This document shows positions 27,128 through 37,144 of a DNA stretch of 64,000 nucleotides, in pieces. A model generated the notes under the pieces. That model saw nothing but the letters and a program-made list of their open reading frames with translations, was not told the DNA's origin and did no database searches. Both the position numbers and the translations under genes were made by a program. Numbering within the stretch: position 1 is the first letter of the stretch; each line of letters begins with the position of its first letter. The stretch lies in assembly GCA_021295715.1 (NCBI GenBank), contig JAGWBV010000005.1:2534-66533 (forward strand), given 5' to 3'. This DNA is from Candidatus Poribacteria bacterium (lineage in GTDB: Bacteria; Poribacteria; WGA-4E; WGA-3G).

Positions 27128-28314
27128 ACAAGGAAGTGATTCCTGAACAGCAAGCAGATGCGAAAATCCTTGTGGTTGATGATGAACCCAAAAATGTCAG
27201 AATTCTCCAAATTCAACTCAACGCACGAGGGTATACAGTCTACACAGCCGCAGATGGACTTGAGGCACTTGATATCGTCGAAAAAGAAATGCCGGATCTC
27301 ATCTTGTTGGACATCAACATGCCGAGAATGGATGGGTTTGAAGTTGTCAAACGAATCCGATTGAACGAGGTTACCGAATTTATTCCAATTGTGATGATAA
27401 CGGCTCTACGGGACACCCGCGAAAATCGAATTAAATCTATTGAGGCTGGTGCCGATGATTTTATTGAGAAGCCTTTCGATAGTTTAGAGGTGCTCGCCCG
27501 AGTTCGCTCACTCTTGCGGATTAAACGCTACCAAGATACACTTGCAGAGTATAACACCCGTTTGCAAGAAGAACTCCAAATGGCACGAAGTATTCAAGAA
27601 ATTCTGATTCCTCAGAATGGTGTGCAGGAATTGTCAGGATTTCGGATTGCTTCACACTGCCGACCTGAAATGGCAGTCGGTGGGGATTTTTTTGATATCT
27701 GGGAAATTGCACCGAATCGACTCGGTGTTTTTATTTCTGATGTTATGGGACATGGTGTTTCAGCTGCTTTCGTAACAGTCTTCATTAAAACAATTTTGGC
27801 AGAATTCCAGCAACAAATCGAAGATAATCCAGGGTATCTCCTTGAAATACTAAACACCCGTTTTAATGATTTGATTAGTTCACGACTGTTCATGTTTGCA
27901 ACAGCCTTTTGCGGTATCATTGATCTTGATAAGGGCGAACTCATCTGTGCCAACGCCGGGCATTCATTCCCACTCCTGTACAACACCCATCAACAGACAT
28001 ACCAAGCTATTGGCGATCAACACACAGGAAATGGGTTGGGCATTTGGCGGGATTCTGTGTATGAAACGGTGCATTATCCATTTGATCGGTTGGGCAAAAT
28101 GTTCCTGTATACCGACGGTGTTTACGAAGTTAAAAACCCACAAGGCGAAGAATTTTCAATAGAGCGCCTCCAAAAATTAGTGTGTACATGCGCAAAGAAA
28201 TCTGCAGCAGAACTCATCACCAGCGTCTCGGAAGCCATTGATGCTTTCACCGACGACTGCCCGAAAGACGATGATCTAACACTTATCGCTCTTGAGGTTT
28301 CAGGGGGAGATTAA
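27124..28314 (+). CDS. Response regulator fused to a PP2C/SpoIIE phosphatase (RsbU-like)
   Basis: ATGA overlap with the upstream REC gene. REC motifs ILVVDDEP and LILLDINMP. PP2C motifs GGDFFD, SDVMGHG, TDGVYE, DDLTLIALEV. Confidence 0.9.
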   Translation: MNKEVIPEQQADAKILVVDDEPKNVRILQIQLNARGYTVYTAADGLEALDIVEKEMPDLILLDINMPRMDGFEVVKRIRLNEVTEFIPIVMITALRDTRENRIKSIEAGADDFIEKPFDSLEVLARVRSLLRIKRYQDTLAEYNTRLQEELQMARSIQEILIPQNGVQELSGFRIASHCRPEMAVGGDFFDIWEIAPNRLGVFISDVMGHGVSAAFVTVFIKTILAEFQQQIEDNPGYLLEILNTRFNDLISSRLFMFATAFCGIIDLDKGELICANAGHSFPLLYNTHQQTYQAIGDQHTGNGLGIWRDSVYETVHYPFDRLGKMFLYTDGVYEVKNPQGEEFSIERLQKLVCTCAKKSAAELITSVSEAIDAFTDDCPKDDDLTLIALEVSGGD

Positions 28315-28766
28315 ATTTCGATATCTCTTGGTTTTAAAAAACGAAAAACGACTCGAACGTCGGTTCCGCCTGCCTCATTTGGTCGCATTTCGTGCATATC
28401 CGAGAGAGATTTAGCGATGAAAATGCCGTGCCCACTCTCATTGTTTGGAGAACGGTTCATCTCAATCTCTGAAAGTCTTTCATGTGTTAGCCAACTCTTT
28501 TCTCCGGCATGCCGTGTACCCGTATCCCTTACTAAAATTTCAAGGGCATGTGTATCAATACGGATACACAGTTTAACACCGACTGTCGCATTCACCGAGC
28601 CGTGATGTACTGCATTACTGCAGATTTCGTCAAGCACGAGTTGAATGTCTGCTACACGTTTTCTGGAGAATCCGAGGCTTTTTGCGAGGTTTCCAACAAA
28701 TGCCCGAGCAGGTTCTATATAAAAGGCAGCACTCGGAATTTGAAGTTGAATATCTGCTTGCGCCAT
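28311..28766 (-). CDS. Anti-sigma regulatory Ser/Thr kinase (RsbW/SpoIIAB-like HATPase)
   Basis: LDEICSNAVHHG N-box, ESGHGIFIA G-box. 151 aa. Confidence 0.8.
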   Translation of the reverse strand: MAQADIQLQIPSAAFYIEPARAFVGNLAKSLGFSRKRVADIQLVLDEICSNAVHHGSVNATVGVKLCIRIDTHALEILVRDTGTRHAGEKSWLTHERLSEIEMNRSPNNESGHGIFIAKSLSDMHEMRPNEAGGTDVRVVFRFLKPRDIEI

Positions 28767-28784
28767 GTACTAAATTTACTTTGT

Positions 28785-29138
28785 TTAAAACGCTGCGAGG
28801 GCACTGTTTTCTGATTCGTAGATTTCGACGACACTGGATGCACCAATAAGATTGAAGGTCCGTGTTAAATTGTCTGCAAGTGCGCAAATTTTAAGGTCGC
28901 CACCATTCTGGCGAAGCCGTTTTGCAACACCTACCAAGGCACCCACAGCCGTGCTGTTTATATGACTCACTTGACTGAGATTCACAACAACCCTCTCAAC
29001 CTTCTCCGCTAAGAGTCCTTCAAGCATCTTCCGTAAATCGGATGCTGCGTAACTACTCAGGTCTGTTTTTATTTCAATTATTTTGATACCGGATTCCTCT
29101 CGGAGTTTCATTAATTTTGTCGAATCCATAGAAATCAC
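28785..29138 (-). CDS. STAS-domain anti-sigma-factor antagonist
   Basis: LSQVSHINSTAVGALVG. Lies immediately upstream of the RsbW-like kinase gene. Confidence 0.8.
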   Translation of the reverse strand: MISMDSTKLMKLREESGIKIIEIKTDLSSYAASDLRKMLEGLLAEKVERVVVNLSQVSHINSTAVGALVGVAKRLRQNGGDLKICALADNLTRTFNLIGASSVVEIYESENSALAAF

Positions 29139-29433
29139 CTCCCATAGATTAAAGCCAGTCCTAACTCAAGGAACCGTTCTTAAATCCTATCTTAAATCGA
29201 TAAAAAAATCAAGCAAAATTCTGTGTTTGAACCGCAAATTACAGAGATATTTTCCAATGGCGATGCTTTCTCAGAATTAAATTATATGAATAAAAAAAAT
29301 ATTGTTGATTTTCTTTGTGCATTTATGATACACTATTATGCAACCGATTTGGAAGTGCCAAAAGCACTTTGAATATAAGGAGGAACTGGCGGATTAACGC
29401 CGTCGTGCGTTTTTAAATGGACCAGGTATCTTA

Positions 29434-31767
29434 ATGAACAACGAACAAGCAAATACAAATGCGTCCACTGTTGATGTGGAAGATGAAAAACAACCAACTG
29501 AGGATTCAGTTGAAGTGAATCAGGAAGTAGCCAGCGAGACAGAGGCTTCAGAAGTTGCAGAAACAGCTTCTGCAACCAACACAGACACTGAGGAGTATGA
29601 AGAAGCCGCGGACAGTGAAGTGGAAGTGACTGCTGGCGATGCTGATGTTGAAGAAGCAACAACGCTTACTGATGAAACCGTCCCCGAAGAGGTAGTAGAG
29701 GTGGCTGATAGCGATGCTGAAGAAACAGTAGTAATCGCCGATGAAACCGTACCTGAAGAGGTAGTGGAAGTAGTCGCTGCGGATGCGGATACTGAAGAGA
29801 CAGTAACACCTACTGACGAAACCGCCTCTGAAGAGGCAGCACCAGAAGAACCAGCGGAATCAATGAGTCCGGAATCTCTTGAAGAAGCGTATGATAATTC
29901 GATCAAGGCGTTTACAGATGGCGAAATAGTTAAGGGGATTGTCGTAGATGTCAGTCGCGATGAAGTAATGATTGACATCGGCTTTAAGTCCGAAGGTTAT
30001 ATCCCAGCGTCTGAATTCGATGCGGGACAAAACGATTTGCCTACTGTTCAGGTGGGCGATGAGATTGATGTCTATATTGTACGGCGCGAAGACTCTGAAG
30101 GACAAATAGTCCTTTCGAAAAAGATCGCCGATCAAACACTCATTTGGGATGAAATTGCGACCGCGTACGAAGCAGGTACACCCGTCATGGGACGTATCAT
30201 CGAACGAATTAAGGGTGGGCTACGCGTCAGCGTTGGGTCCCTCCGAGGTTTTTTACCGGCTTCGCAAGTTGAATTGCGCCCTATCCAGAACCTTGAACAG
30301 TATGTAGGGCAAACGCTTGAAATGAAAGTTATCAGCCTGAGTAAGCGGCGGCATAACATTGTTTTGTCGCGGCGTGCTTGGTTGGAAGCCGAACTTGTCC
30401 AAAAACGCTCAGAAGTGCTCAACACACTTGAAGTTGGCCAACAGGTGACAGGAGTGGTAAAAAACATCACTGCTTTTGGTGCTTTTGTTGACTTGGGCGG
30501 CGTTGATGGGTTACTTCACAAGACAGATATGGCGTGGAAACGGATACATCATCCGTCTGATGTCGTCTCTGTTGGGGAGGAAATTGAAGTCCAGGTCATC
30601 GGTATCAACCAAGAGAATGAGAAAATTTCCTTGGGCTTGAAGCAGAAAACTCCTGATCCATGGACAGACATTGAGGGAAAATACCCGGTTGGCTCTACGG
30701 TTCGGGGTGTTGTTGTTAATATTGTCAATTATGGTGCGTTTCTACAGCTCGAAGAGGGTGTCGAAGGCTTAATTCATGTCTCTGAGATGGCATGGACCCG
30801 CCGTAACGTTGCCCCATCGAGAATCGTCAATAAGGGTGATGAAATTGAAGCCATTGTCCTGGAAATCTCAAGGGATGACAAACGTATTTCACTTGGGCTC
30901 AAGCAGCTGCAACAGAATCCTTGGGAACTTTTGGAAGAGAGATCCCCTGTTGGTAGCAAAATCACCGGACGTATCCGAAATTTAACCAGTTTTGGGGCGT
31001 TTGTTGAAATTGAACCAGGAATTGACGGTTTAATCCATACCTCGGATCTCTCGTGGACGAAACGTGGTACTGCAGCCAATGACGAACTTAAGGAAGGCAG
31101 TGAAATTGAGGTAGTCGTATTACAGATTGACGCCGCTGAACGTAGAGTTTCATTGGGACTCAAGCAGACACAGCCTGATCCATGGGCAGAAGTACCAGAA
31201 AAATACAAGGTCGGTTCTGTTGTCCGAGGCAAAATTGTCAATCTTACGAGTTTTGGAGCGTTCACGAAACTTGAGGAAGGTATTGAAGGCTTAATTCACA
31301 TTTCTGAACTCGCAGACCGACGGATTGAAAAACCAGAAGAGGTGGTTTCCGTAGGCGACGAGTTAGATTTGAAAGTGATTAATCTATCTCCAAAAGATCG
31401 ACGGATCGGATTGAGTTTGAAAGCACTCCTTGCCGAGCAAGAGCGCGCTGTGACAACTGAAGAAGAACAGCCGGTGAGAACGCGATCCGAACGACCACCT
31501 CGATCACGACGTGAACGGGAACCGAGACGGCAAATACCAGCACACGAAGAGACTGTCACCACATTAGGGGCATTGCTCAAAGAGGAAATGGGTAAGTCGA
31601 ACGCGGAGAGTCCTGAAAACATTCAGAGCGTTGAAAGTGCGGAGAGTTCTGAGAACGTTGAGAACACTGAAAGCGTTGAGAGTGTAGAAAGTTCTGAGAA
31701 CGTCGAAAACGTTGAGAGTGTAGAGAGTTCTGAGGACGTTGAGAACACGAAGAATTCTGAAAATTAA
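29434..31767 (+). CDS. rpsA: 30S ribosomal protein S1 with an acidic repeat N-terminal extension and an acidic repeat C-terminal tail
   Basis: Six S1 domains (GEIVKGIVV, GTPVMGRII, GQQVTGVV, GSTVRGVV, GSKITGRI, GSVVRGKI). The canonical S1 N-terminus (MSPESLEEAYDNSIKAFTDGEIVKG) begins only at ATG 29863. ATG 29434 is the first start in the open frame. Confidence 0.9.
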   Translation: MNNEQANTNASTVDVEDEKQPTEDSVEVNQEVASETEASEVAETASATNTDTEEYEEAADSEVEVTAGDADVEEATTLTDETVPEEVVEVADSDAEETVVIADETVPEEVVEVVAADADTEETVTPTDETASEEAAPEEPAESMSPESLEEAYDNSIKAFTDGEIVKGIVVDVSRDEVMIDIGFKSEGYIPASEFDAGQNDLPTVQVGDEIDVYIVRREDSEGQIVLSKKIADQTLIWDEIATAYEAGTPVMGRIIERIKGGLRVSVGSLRGFLPASQVELRPIQNLEQYVGQTLEMKVISLSKRRHNIVLSRRAWLEAELVQKRSEVLNTLEVGQQVTGVVKNITAFGAFVDLGGVDGLLHKTDMAWKRIHHPSDVVSVGEEIEVQVIGINQENEKISLGLKQKTPDPWTDIEGKYPVGSTVRGVVVNIVNYGAFLQLEEGVEGLIHVSEMAWTRRNVAPSRIVNKGDEIEAIVLEISRDDKRISLGLKQLQQNPWELLEERSPVGSKITGRIRNLTSFGAFVEIEPGIDGLIHTSDLSWTKRGTAANDELKEGSEIEVVVLQIDAAERRVSLGLKQTQPDPWAEVPEKYKVGSVVRGKIVNLTSFGAFTKLEEGIEGLIHISELADRRIEKPEEVVSVGDELDLKVINLSPKDRRIGLSLKALLAEQERAVTTEEEQPVRTRSERPPRSRREREPRRQIPAHEETVTTLGALLKEEMGKSNAESPENIQSVESAESSENVENTESVESVESSENVENVESVESSEDVENTKNSEN

Positions 31768-31917
31768 TGTTTTTCGTATCCTCATCCTACATTAAATCCA
31801 AACTTTCGGAGCAGAGGCGAAAATATAAAGCGAAAAATCTCGCTGCGGAATGGATCTACATTTTTTAAAATGTAGGGGCGAGTTTTCGCGCGCCTATTTT
31901 CGTTATTTCACCTGCAT

Positions 31918-31938
31918 GGGTGGGCATATTGCCCACCC
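31918..31938. other. Perfect 9-bp palindromic hairpin GGGTGGGCA-tat-TGCCCACCC in the rpsA-metK spacer
   Basis: Read directly from the sequence. No T-run follows it. Confidence 0.6.
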
Positions 31939-32024
31939 GTCCTCTCTTGCACGAAAGGCTTGGTAAGGCACAAAGCCCTTGCTCCACAAGGCGGAGCGAG
32001 AATAGATACGTAGACTTAGGAGAT

Positions 32025-33155
32025 GTGGAATTGAGCAAAAATTTTTTGTTTACGTCCGAATCCGTTACTGAAGGACACCCGGACAAAATCGCGGACCAGA
32101 TTTCTGACGCGGTACTTGATACCATATTCACAAGCGATCCAATGGCGAGAGTCGCTTGTGAAACCTTGGTCACAACAGGACTTGCTGTCATTACTGGTGA
32201 AATCACAACCACAGCAAACTACGATGCCCAACAAATCGCACGAAAAGTATTAACTGATATCGGTTATACCGATATTGAATACGGCTTTGATGCCAAACGA
32301 AGTGCTGTATTGAGCATCATTGATAAGCAATCACCTGATATAGCAATGGGTGTAAACCCTGGTGGTGCAGGCGATCAAGGATTAATGTTTGGGTACGCAT
32401 GTACCGAAACACCAGAATTGATGCCTCTACCAATTACTCTCGCCCATCAACTAACCCAGCGTTTGGCTAAAGTTCGCAAAGATCGTACCCTCCCGTTTAT
32501 CCGTCCCGATGGAAAATCTCAAGTAACAGTAGAATATGTTGACAGTAAACCTAAGGCTGTCACTACAGTTGTCATTTCTGCACAACACGATCCTGATGTT
32601 ACGGATAGCGAGTTACGAGAAGCGATTGTTGAAGAGGTTATCAAAGAAATTGTCCCTGAAAATCTCCAAAGCCCAGATATTAAATATCATATCAATCCAA
32701 CCGGACGTTTTGTGACGGGAGGCCCCCAAGGTGATGCCGGATTAACCGGACGAAAAATTATTGTTGATACATACGGGGGGATGGGACGGCATGGTGGAGG
32801 TGCGCTTTCTGGGAAGGATCCTACTAAAGTAGATCGGAGTGCGACTTACGCAGCACGGCACGTCGCTAAGAACCTTGTTGCCGCGGGTCTCGCAGAGCGG
32901 TGTGAAATTCAACTCTCCTACGCAATCGGTAGAAAAGACCCTATTTCTGTCATGGTGGATACGTTTGGGACTGGCGATGCAGAGGCTCTCACTAAACTTG
33001 TCAACGCACACTTCGATTTAACACCGGCAGGCATCATAGAAGGGTTGAAATTACGCCAGCCTATTTATCAAAATACTGCCGCATATGGACATTTCGGACG
33101 TGAGGAACCTGGCTTCACTTGGGAAGAAACCGACTACGTCGAAAAACTCCGGTAG
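32025..33155 (+). CDS. metK: S-adenosylmethionine synthetase
   Basis: [43 protein letters not shown]. Start is GTG 32025 or TTG 32031, after GGAG. The ORF-track start at 31920 reads through the hairpin. Confidence 0.92.
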   Translation: MELSKNFLFTSESVTEGHPDKIADQISDAVLDTIFTSDPMARVACETLVTTGLAVITGEITTTANYDAQQIARKVLTDIGYTDIEYGFDAKRSAVLSIIDKQSPDIAMGVNPGGAGDQGLMFGYACTETPELMPLPITLAHQLTQRLAKVRKDRTLPFIRPDGKSQVTVEYVDSKPKAVTTVVISAQHDPDVTDSELREAIVEEVIKEIVPENLQSPDIKYHINPTGRFVTGGPQGDAGLTGRKIIVDTYGGMGRHGGGALSGKDPTKVDRSATYAARHVAKNLVAAGLAERCEIQLSYAIGRKDPISVMVDTFGTGDAEALTKLVNAHFDLTPAGIIEGLKLRQPIYQNTAAYGHFGREEPGFTWEETDYVEKLR

Positions 33156-33194
33156 ATTAAAAAATAAGAATACCAGAAAACATAAAGGAAAATA

Positions 33195-34457
33195 ATGAAC
33201 TACGACATAAAAGCAACGGAACTCGCGTCAGCTGGTAAACAACGAATTGATTGGGCAAACCGATTCATGCCCGTTTTAGATTCCATCCGCGAGCGGTTTC
33301 AGAATGAACGCCCGTTGGATGGATTGAGAGTCGCAGCGTGCCTACATGTGACAACTGAAACAGCTAACTTGATGAAGACCCTGAAAGCTGGTGGAGCCGA
33401 GGCGGTTGTTTGTGCGTCAAATCCACTCAGTACGCAGGATGACGTTGCCGCATCTCTCGTCGTTGACGAGGGAATTGGCGTTTTTGCTATTGACGGAGAG
33501 GATATAGAAACCTTTTACAAACACATTGATGCCGCTCTTGAGACGCGACCCGCGATCACCATGGATGATGGGGCGGATCTCGTCTCAAGGCTTCATTCTG
33601 AAGAAACGAATCCAGCTTTAGTGGAACAGGTCGTTGCAGGAACAGAAGAAACAACAACCGGCGTTATACGACTCAGGAGCATGGCAACCGAAGGTGTGTT
33701 GAAATACCCGATTATTGCTGTGAACGACGCACGGACGAAGCATTTTTTTGATAACCGATACGGCACCGGACAAAGCACATTAGACGGTATTATCAGAGCA
33801 ACGAATCTACTCATTGCCGGAACGACAGTCGTTGTGGCAGGCTATGGTTGGTGTGGCAGAGGGGTCGCTAACCGGGCGCGCGGTTTAGGCGCGAATGTCA
33901 TTGTAACCGAAGTCGATCCATTAAGAGCATTAGAAGCCGTGATGGACGGATTCCGGGTCATGCCGATGCAGGAGGCGGTCCAGGAGGCAGGTTTAGTCGT
34001 AACGCTTACAGGGGATATTCACGTCTTACGCAAGGAACATTTTGAAGTGATGAAAGATGGCGCGATTATCGCGAATTCCGGTCATTTTGATGTTGAAATT
34101 GACATACCGGCATTAGAGAAATTGAGCGTTGATAAAGGGAAAGCACGACCGTATGTAGATGTATACACCCTCGAAGGTGGCAAGAAACTCTATCTTGTTG
34201 GCGAAGGTAGATTGGTAAACTTGGCTGCTGCTGAAGGACATCCCGCGAGTGTCATGGACATGAGTTTCGCGAATCAAGCATTGTGTCTTGAGTACATCGC
34301 CCAAAATCAGGCTAATCTTGAGAGTCGTGTATATGATGTCCCCGAATCTATAGATGAAACCGTTGCGCAACTCAAATTGGAAGCATTCGGTATTGAAATT
34401 GATACACTCACGGCAGAACAGGAAAAATACCTCAACTCGTGGGAAATGGGAACTTAG
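33195..34457 (+). CDS. ahcY: Adenosylhomocysteinase
   Basis: [40 protein letters not shown]. Confidence 0.92.
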   Translation: MNYDIKATELASAGKQRIDWANRFMPVLDSIRERFQNERPLDGLRVAACLHVTTETANLMKTLKAGGAEAVVCASNPLSTQDDVAASLVVDEGIGVFAIDGEDIETFYKHIDAALETRPAITMDDGADLVSRLHSEETNPALVEQVVAGTEETTTGVIRLRSMATEGVLKYPIIAVNDARTKHFFDNRYGTGQSTLDGIIRATNLLIAGTTVVVAGYGWCGRGVANRARGLGANVIVTEVDPLRALEAVMDGFRVMPMQEAVQEAGLVVTLTGDIHVLRKEHFEVMKDGAIIANSGHFDVEIDIPALEKLSVDKGKARPYVDVYTLEGGKKLYLVGEGRLVNLAAAEGHPASVMDMSFANQALCLEYIAQNQANLESRVYDVPESIDETVAQLKLEAFGIEIDTLTAEQEKYLNSWEMGT

Positions 34458-34529
34458 CATCGTTTTTTCCAGCGTTGCTTCATATACTGTTCCAAGTTTC
34501 GATACCACCTTTTTATTAGAGAGGCACCT

Positions 34530-34760
34530 ATGAAAAAATCAGAGATTTTAGAGGGAGCGATATTACTCCTGTCGGCGGTGCTATTATTACCGATCTGGAT
34601 GGCTTCCTCTCAACAGATACAACTTCCACCGACGTTGTTGAAAGTGTTGAGTTTCTTGCAGTATCCAGTGATCATTGTGCTGAGTGTAATTTTCATTCGT
34701 CGCCTGCGACGGATTCTCCGCGCACTACGGGAAAACAAGAATAGACCGGGTCCCTTCTGA
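34530..34760 (+). CDS. Small two-TM membrane protein, hypothetical
   Basis: 76-aa ORF with two hydrophobic helices and a basic C-terminus. GAGAGG lies before the ATG. Confidence 0.45.
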   Translation: MKKSEILEGAILLLSAVLLLPIWMASSQQIQLPPTLLKVLSFLQYPVIIVLSVIFIRRLRRILRALRENKNRPGPF

Positions 34761-34788
34761 TTTTAAGGAAATTGGACGTGCTGCGATA

Positions 34789-34825
34789 GGCGCGGTTTAT
34801 AGGCTGGTATACTATAAACCGCGCC
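34789..34825. repeat. Perfect 14-bp inverted repeat GGCGCGGTTTATAG-(9 nt)-CTATAAACCGCGCC
   Basis: Read directly from the sequence. Lies between the small membrane protein gene and the PfkB kinase gene. Confidence 0.7.
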
Positions 34826-34853
34826 TCTATGTAGAAGGAGATGAAAGTTTAGG

Positions 34854-35759
34854 ATGGGAGTCTTAATCGTTGGCACAGTGACCTTAGATACGGTGGAAAC
34901 ACCGAATAAACGCGTCGAGGATGCCTTGGGTGGTTCCGGTGTCTATGCTGCTGTCGCCGCGAGTTTTTTTCGAAACCCTGTTCGACTTGTTGGGGTCGTC
35001 GGTACTGATTTTCCACGCACTTACACAGATTTCCTCGATACCCGAGGGATTGACCTTCAAGGATTAAAACAAGTAGACGGTGGCAAATCGTTTCGATGGG
35101 GTGGTCGTTACACAGATGACTTTAACGTGCGCGATACACTGTTTACGGAGTTGAATGTTGTGAGTGATTTTCAACCTGTTTTGTCGGAAACTTACAAAGA
35201 AACCCCTTACCTCTTTTTGGCAAATAACTCGCCACGTTTACAATTGAGCATTATTGAGCAGGCAACACACCCAAAACTGATTGTCTGTGACACGATGGAC
35301 TTTTGGATTAATGAGGAGCGGGAGGCTTTAGAGGCACTCTTAGCGCGTGTGGACATTCTTGTTCTGAACGATAGTGAGGCACTTTTGCTAACAGGCGATT
35401 CTAATTTGGTGCGAGCCGCACAAGCAATCCTGCGCTATGGTCCAAAGCGGGTTATAATTAAGAAAGGGGAGCACGGTGCGATCAGCGTGACGGAGTCATC
35501 TTTCTTTAGTCTGCCGGCATACCCGCTCACACAGGTAGTTGATCCAACGGGGGCTGGCGATAGTTTTGCTGGGGGGATGATGGGGTATCTGGCATCTATT
35601 GAGGACACGTCCGAAGAAGCGATACGCAGCGCAATGGTGTATGGAACGGTTATTGCCTCTTTTAATATTGAGGATTTCAGCATCAGCCGACAAAATGATG
35701 TACAGTTTTCAGAGATTTCATCGCGATATTGTGAACTTCAAGAAGCCGTCCGTTTTTAA
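34854..35759 (+). CDS. PfkB-family kinase; candidate adenosine/nucleoside kinase by context
   Basis: GGSGVYAAVA, DPTGAGDSFAGG. Adjacent to metK-ahcY. Confidence 0.7.
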   Translation: MGVLIVGTVTLDTVETPNKRVEDALGGSGVYAAVAASFFRNPVRLVGVVGTDFPRTYTDFLDTRGIDLQGLKQVDGGKSFRWGGRYTDDFNVRDTLFTELNVVSDFQPVLSETYKETPYLFLANNSPRLQLSIIEQATHPKLIVCDTMDFWINEEREALEALLARVDILVLNDSEALLLTGDSNLVRAAQAILRYGPKRVIIKKGEHGAISVTESSFFSLPAYPLTQVVDPTGAGDSFAGGMMGYLASIEDTSEEAIRSAMVYGTVIASFNIEDFSISRQNDVQFSEISSRYCELQEAVRF

Positions 35760-37144
35760 TGTAGACTGTGGATAGCTCTATCGTAAGCTGCTTCAGCGGA
35801 TTCCATCACCATTTCTGCAAGGGTTGGATGCGCATGCACTGTCCCTGCTATGTCCATCGCAGTCGCACCCGTGCGAATCGCGACTGCGGCTTCGTGAATG
35901 AGGGTTGAAGCATGGGCACCAACGATATGAACACCGAGGATATCTCCGCTGTCGGCATCAGAAACGGTTTTAACAAACCCATCCGTCTCGCGTAGTCCCA
36001 ATGCCTTCCCGTTCGCAGCATATGGAAATCGTCCTATTTTCACTTCGTAACCTTCATCTGTTGCCTCTTTTTCTGTCATACCGACGTGTCCAATTTCAGG
36101 TAAAGTGAAAACACACCACGGAATGACCTGATAATCCATCTCGATGCTATCCCCAAGACAGTTTTGTGCTGCAATCTTTCCTTCCGCCGATGCAACGTGT
36201 GCCAATAGATACCGACTTGCGACATCTCCAACGGCATAGATACCCGCAACGTTCGTTTGCATTCGGGTATCCACGACAATTTTTCCACCTTCTGTGCGGA
36301 TGCCAACCTTTTCTAAACCTATCCCATCTGTGTTGTAACGCCTACCAATCGAGACGAGCATCTTTTCTGCCGCCATCTCTTCACCGGATTCGAGCACTGC
36401 TGTGACACCCGCATCCGATTTTTTGACATGGGTGAGTTTTGCACCCGTGTGGATAGTGATACCTTTCCGTTTCATGAAAAGTTGAATATGTCGGATAACC
36501 TGGATATCTTCAGTTGCCAAAATTGTAGGGAGTAGTTCCAACACAGTCACGCGGCAACCGAGTGCATTAAAGATGGAAGCAAATTCACATCCTGAAACGC
36601 CAGCGCCAACGATCAGTAGGCTTTCAGGGAGTTCCGTGAGATTAAGAATACCTGTTGTCGTCAAGACTTGGCTCTCGTCAATTTCAAAAATGGGCGGTTC
36701 TGCAGGTTCGGAACCTGTGGCAATGATAATATTTTTTGCGTGTAATTGTTCCGTTGTCCCGTCAGGTTTGCTAACGATAACGGTATTTCTGTCAATAAGC
36801 GTTGCTGTTCCGTTAAGGCTATCGATCCCATTCGCTTTCAGCAGCTGCGCGATACCGCCTGTGAGCTGCTGGATAACCGAAGTTTTATGATTCAATACTT
36901 GCGAGTAATCGATTGTCGTCTCGCCGTTGATATTCACACCGAAGGTAGATGCTTCTTGAACCTGTGTTGCCAAGTTGGCAACTGCAAAAAGGGTTTTCGT
37001 TGGGATACACCCGCGATTCAAACAGGTGCCACCCCACTCTCCCTTTTCTATCAGGCAGACGCTGCCACCACGTTGCGCCGCTTTAATAGCCGCGACGTAA
37101 CCTCCTGGTCCTCCGCCTATTATTCCGAGATCATACGTCGACAT
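35756..37144 (-). CDS. lpdA: Dihydrolipoyl dehydrogenase
   Basis: GGGPGGYVAAIKAAQ, redox disulfide CLNRGCIPTK, HAHPTLAE. Confidence 0.92.
   Translation of the reverse strand: MSTYDLGIIGGGPGGYVAAIKAAQRGGSVCLIEKGEWGGTCLNRGCIPTKTLFAVANLATQVQEASTFGVNINGETTIDYSQVLNHKTSVIQQLTGGIAQLLKANGIDSLNGTATLIDRNTVIVSKPDGTTEQLHAKNIIIATGSEPAEPPIFEIDESQVLTTTGILNLTELPESLLIVGAGVSGCEFASIFNALGCRVTVLELLPTILATEDIQVIRHIQLFMKRKGITIHTGAKLTHVKKSDAGVTAVLESGEEMAAEKMLVSIGRRYNTDGIGLEKVGIRTEGGKIVVDTRMQTNVAGIYAVGDVASRYLLAHVASAEGKIAAQNCLGDSIEMDYQVIPWCVFTLPEIGHVGMTEKEATDEGYEVKIGRFPYAANGKALGLRETDGFVKTVSDADSGDILGVHIVGAHASTLIHEAAVAIRTGATAMDIAGTVHAHPTLAEMVMESAEAAYDRAIHSLH

Noticed and set aside
29660-29850. Tandem DNA repeats in rpsA (also 31603-31767 and 53600-53870) considered as a possible CRISPR or minisatellite array.
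   Set aside because: The repeats are in frame within coding sequence, have no unique spacers of constant length, and there are no cas genes. They encode low-complexity peptide repeats.
31920-32024. N-terminal extension of metK in the ORF track ([10 protein letters not shown]...).
   Set aside because: It reads through a 9-bp perfect hairpin. The canonical MetK N-terminus ([15 protein letters not shown]) follows GTG 32025 / TTG 32031, which have a GGAG SD.
31768-32024. A known SAM or SAH riboswitch upstream of metK-ahcY.
   Set aside because: The core strings I remember for SAM-I (GAGGGA...GCAACC), SAM-II, SAM-IV and the SAH riboswitch are absent. This was a by-eye search only and needs cmscan.
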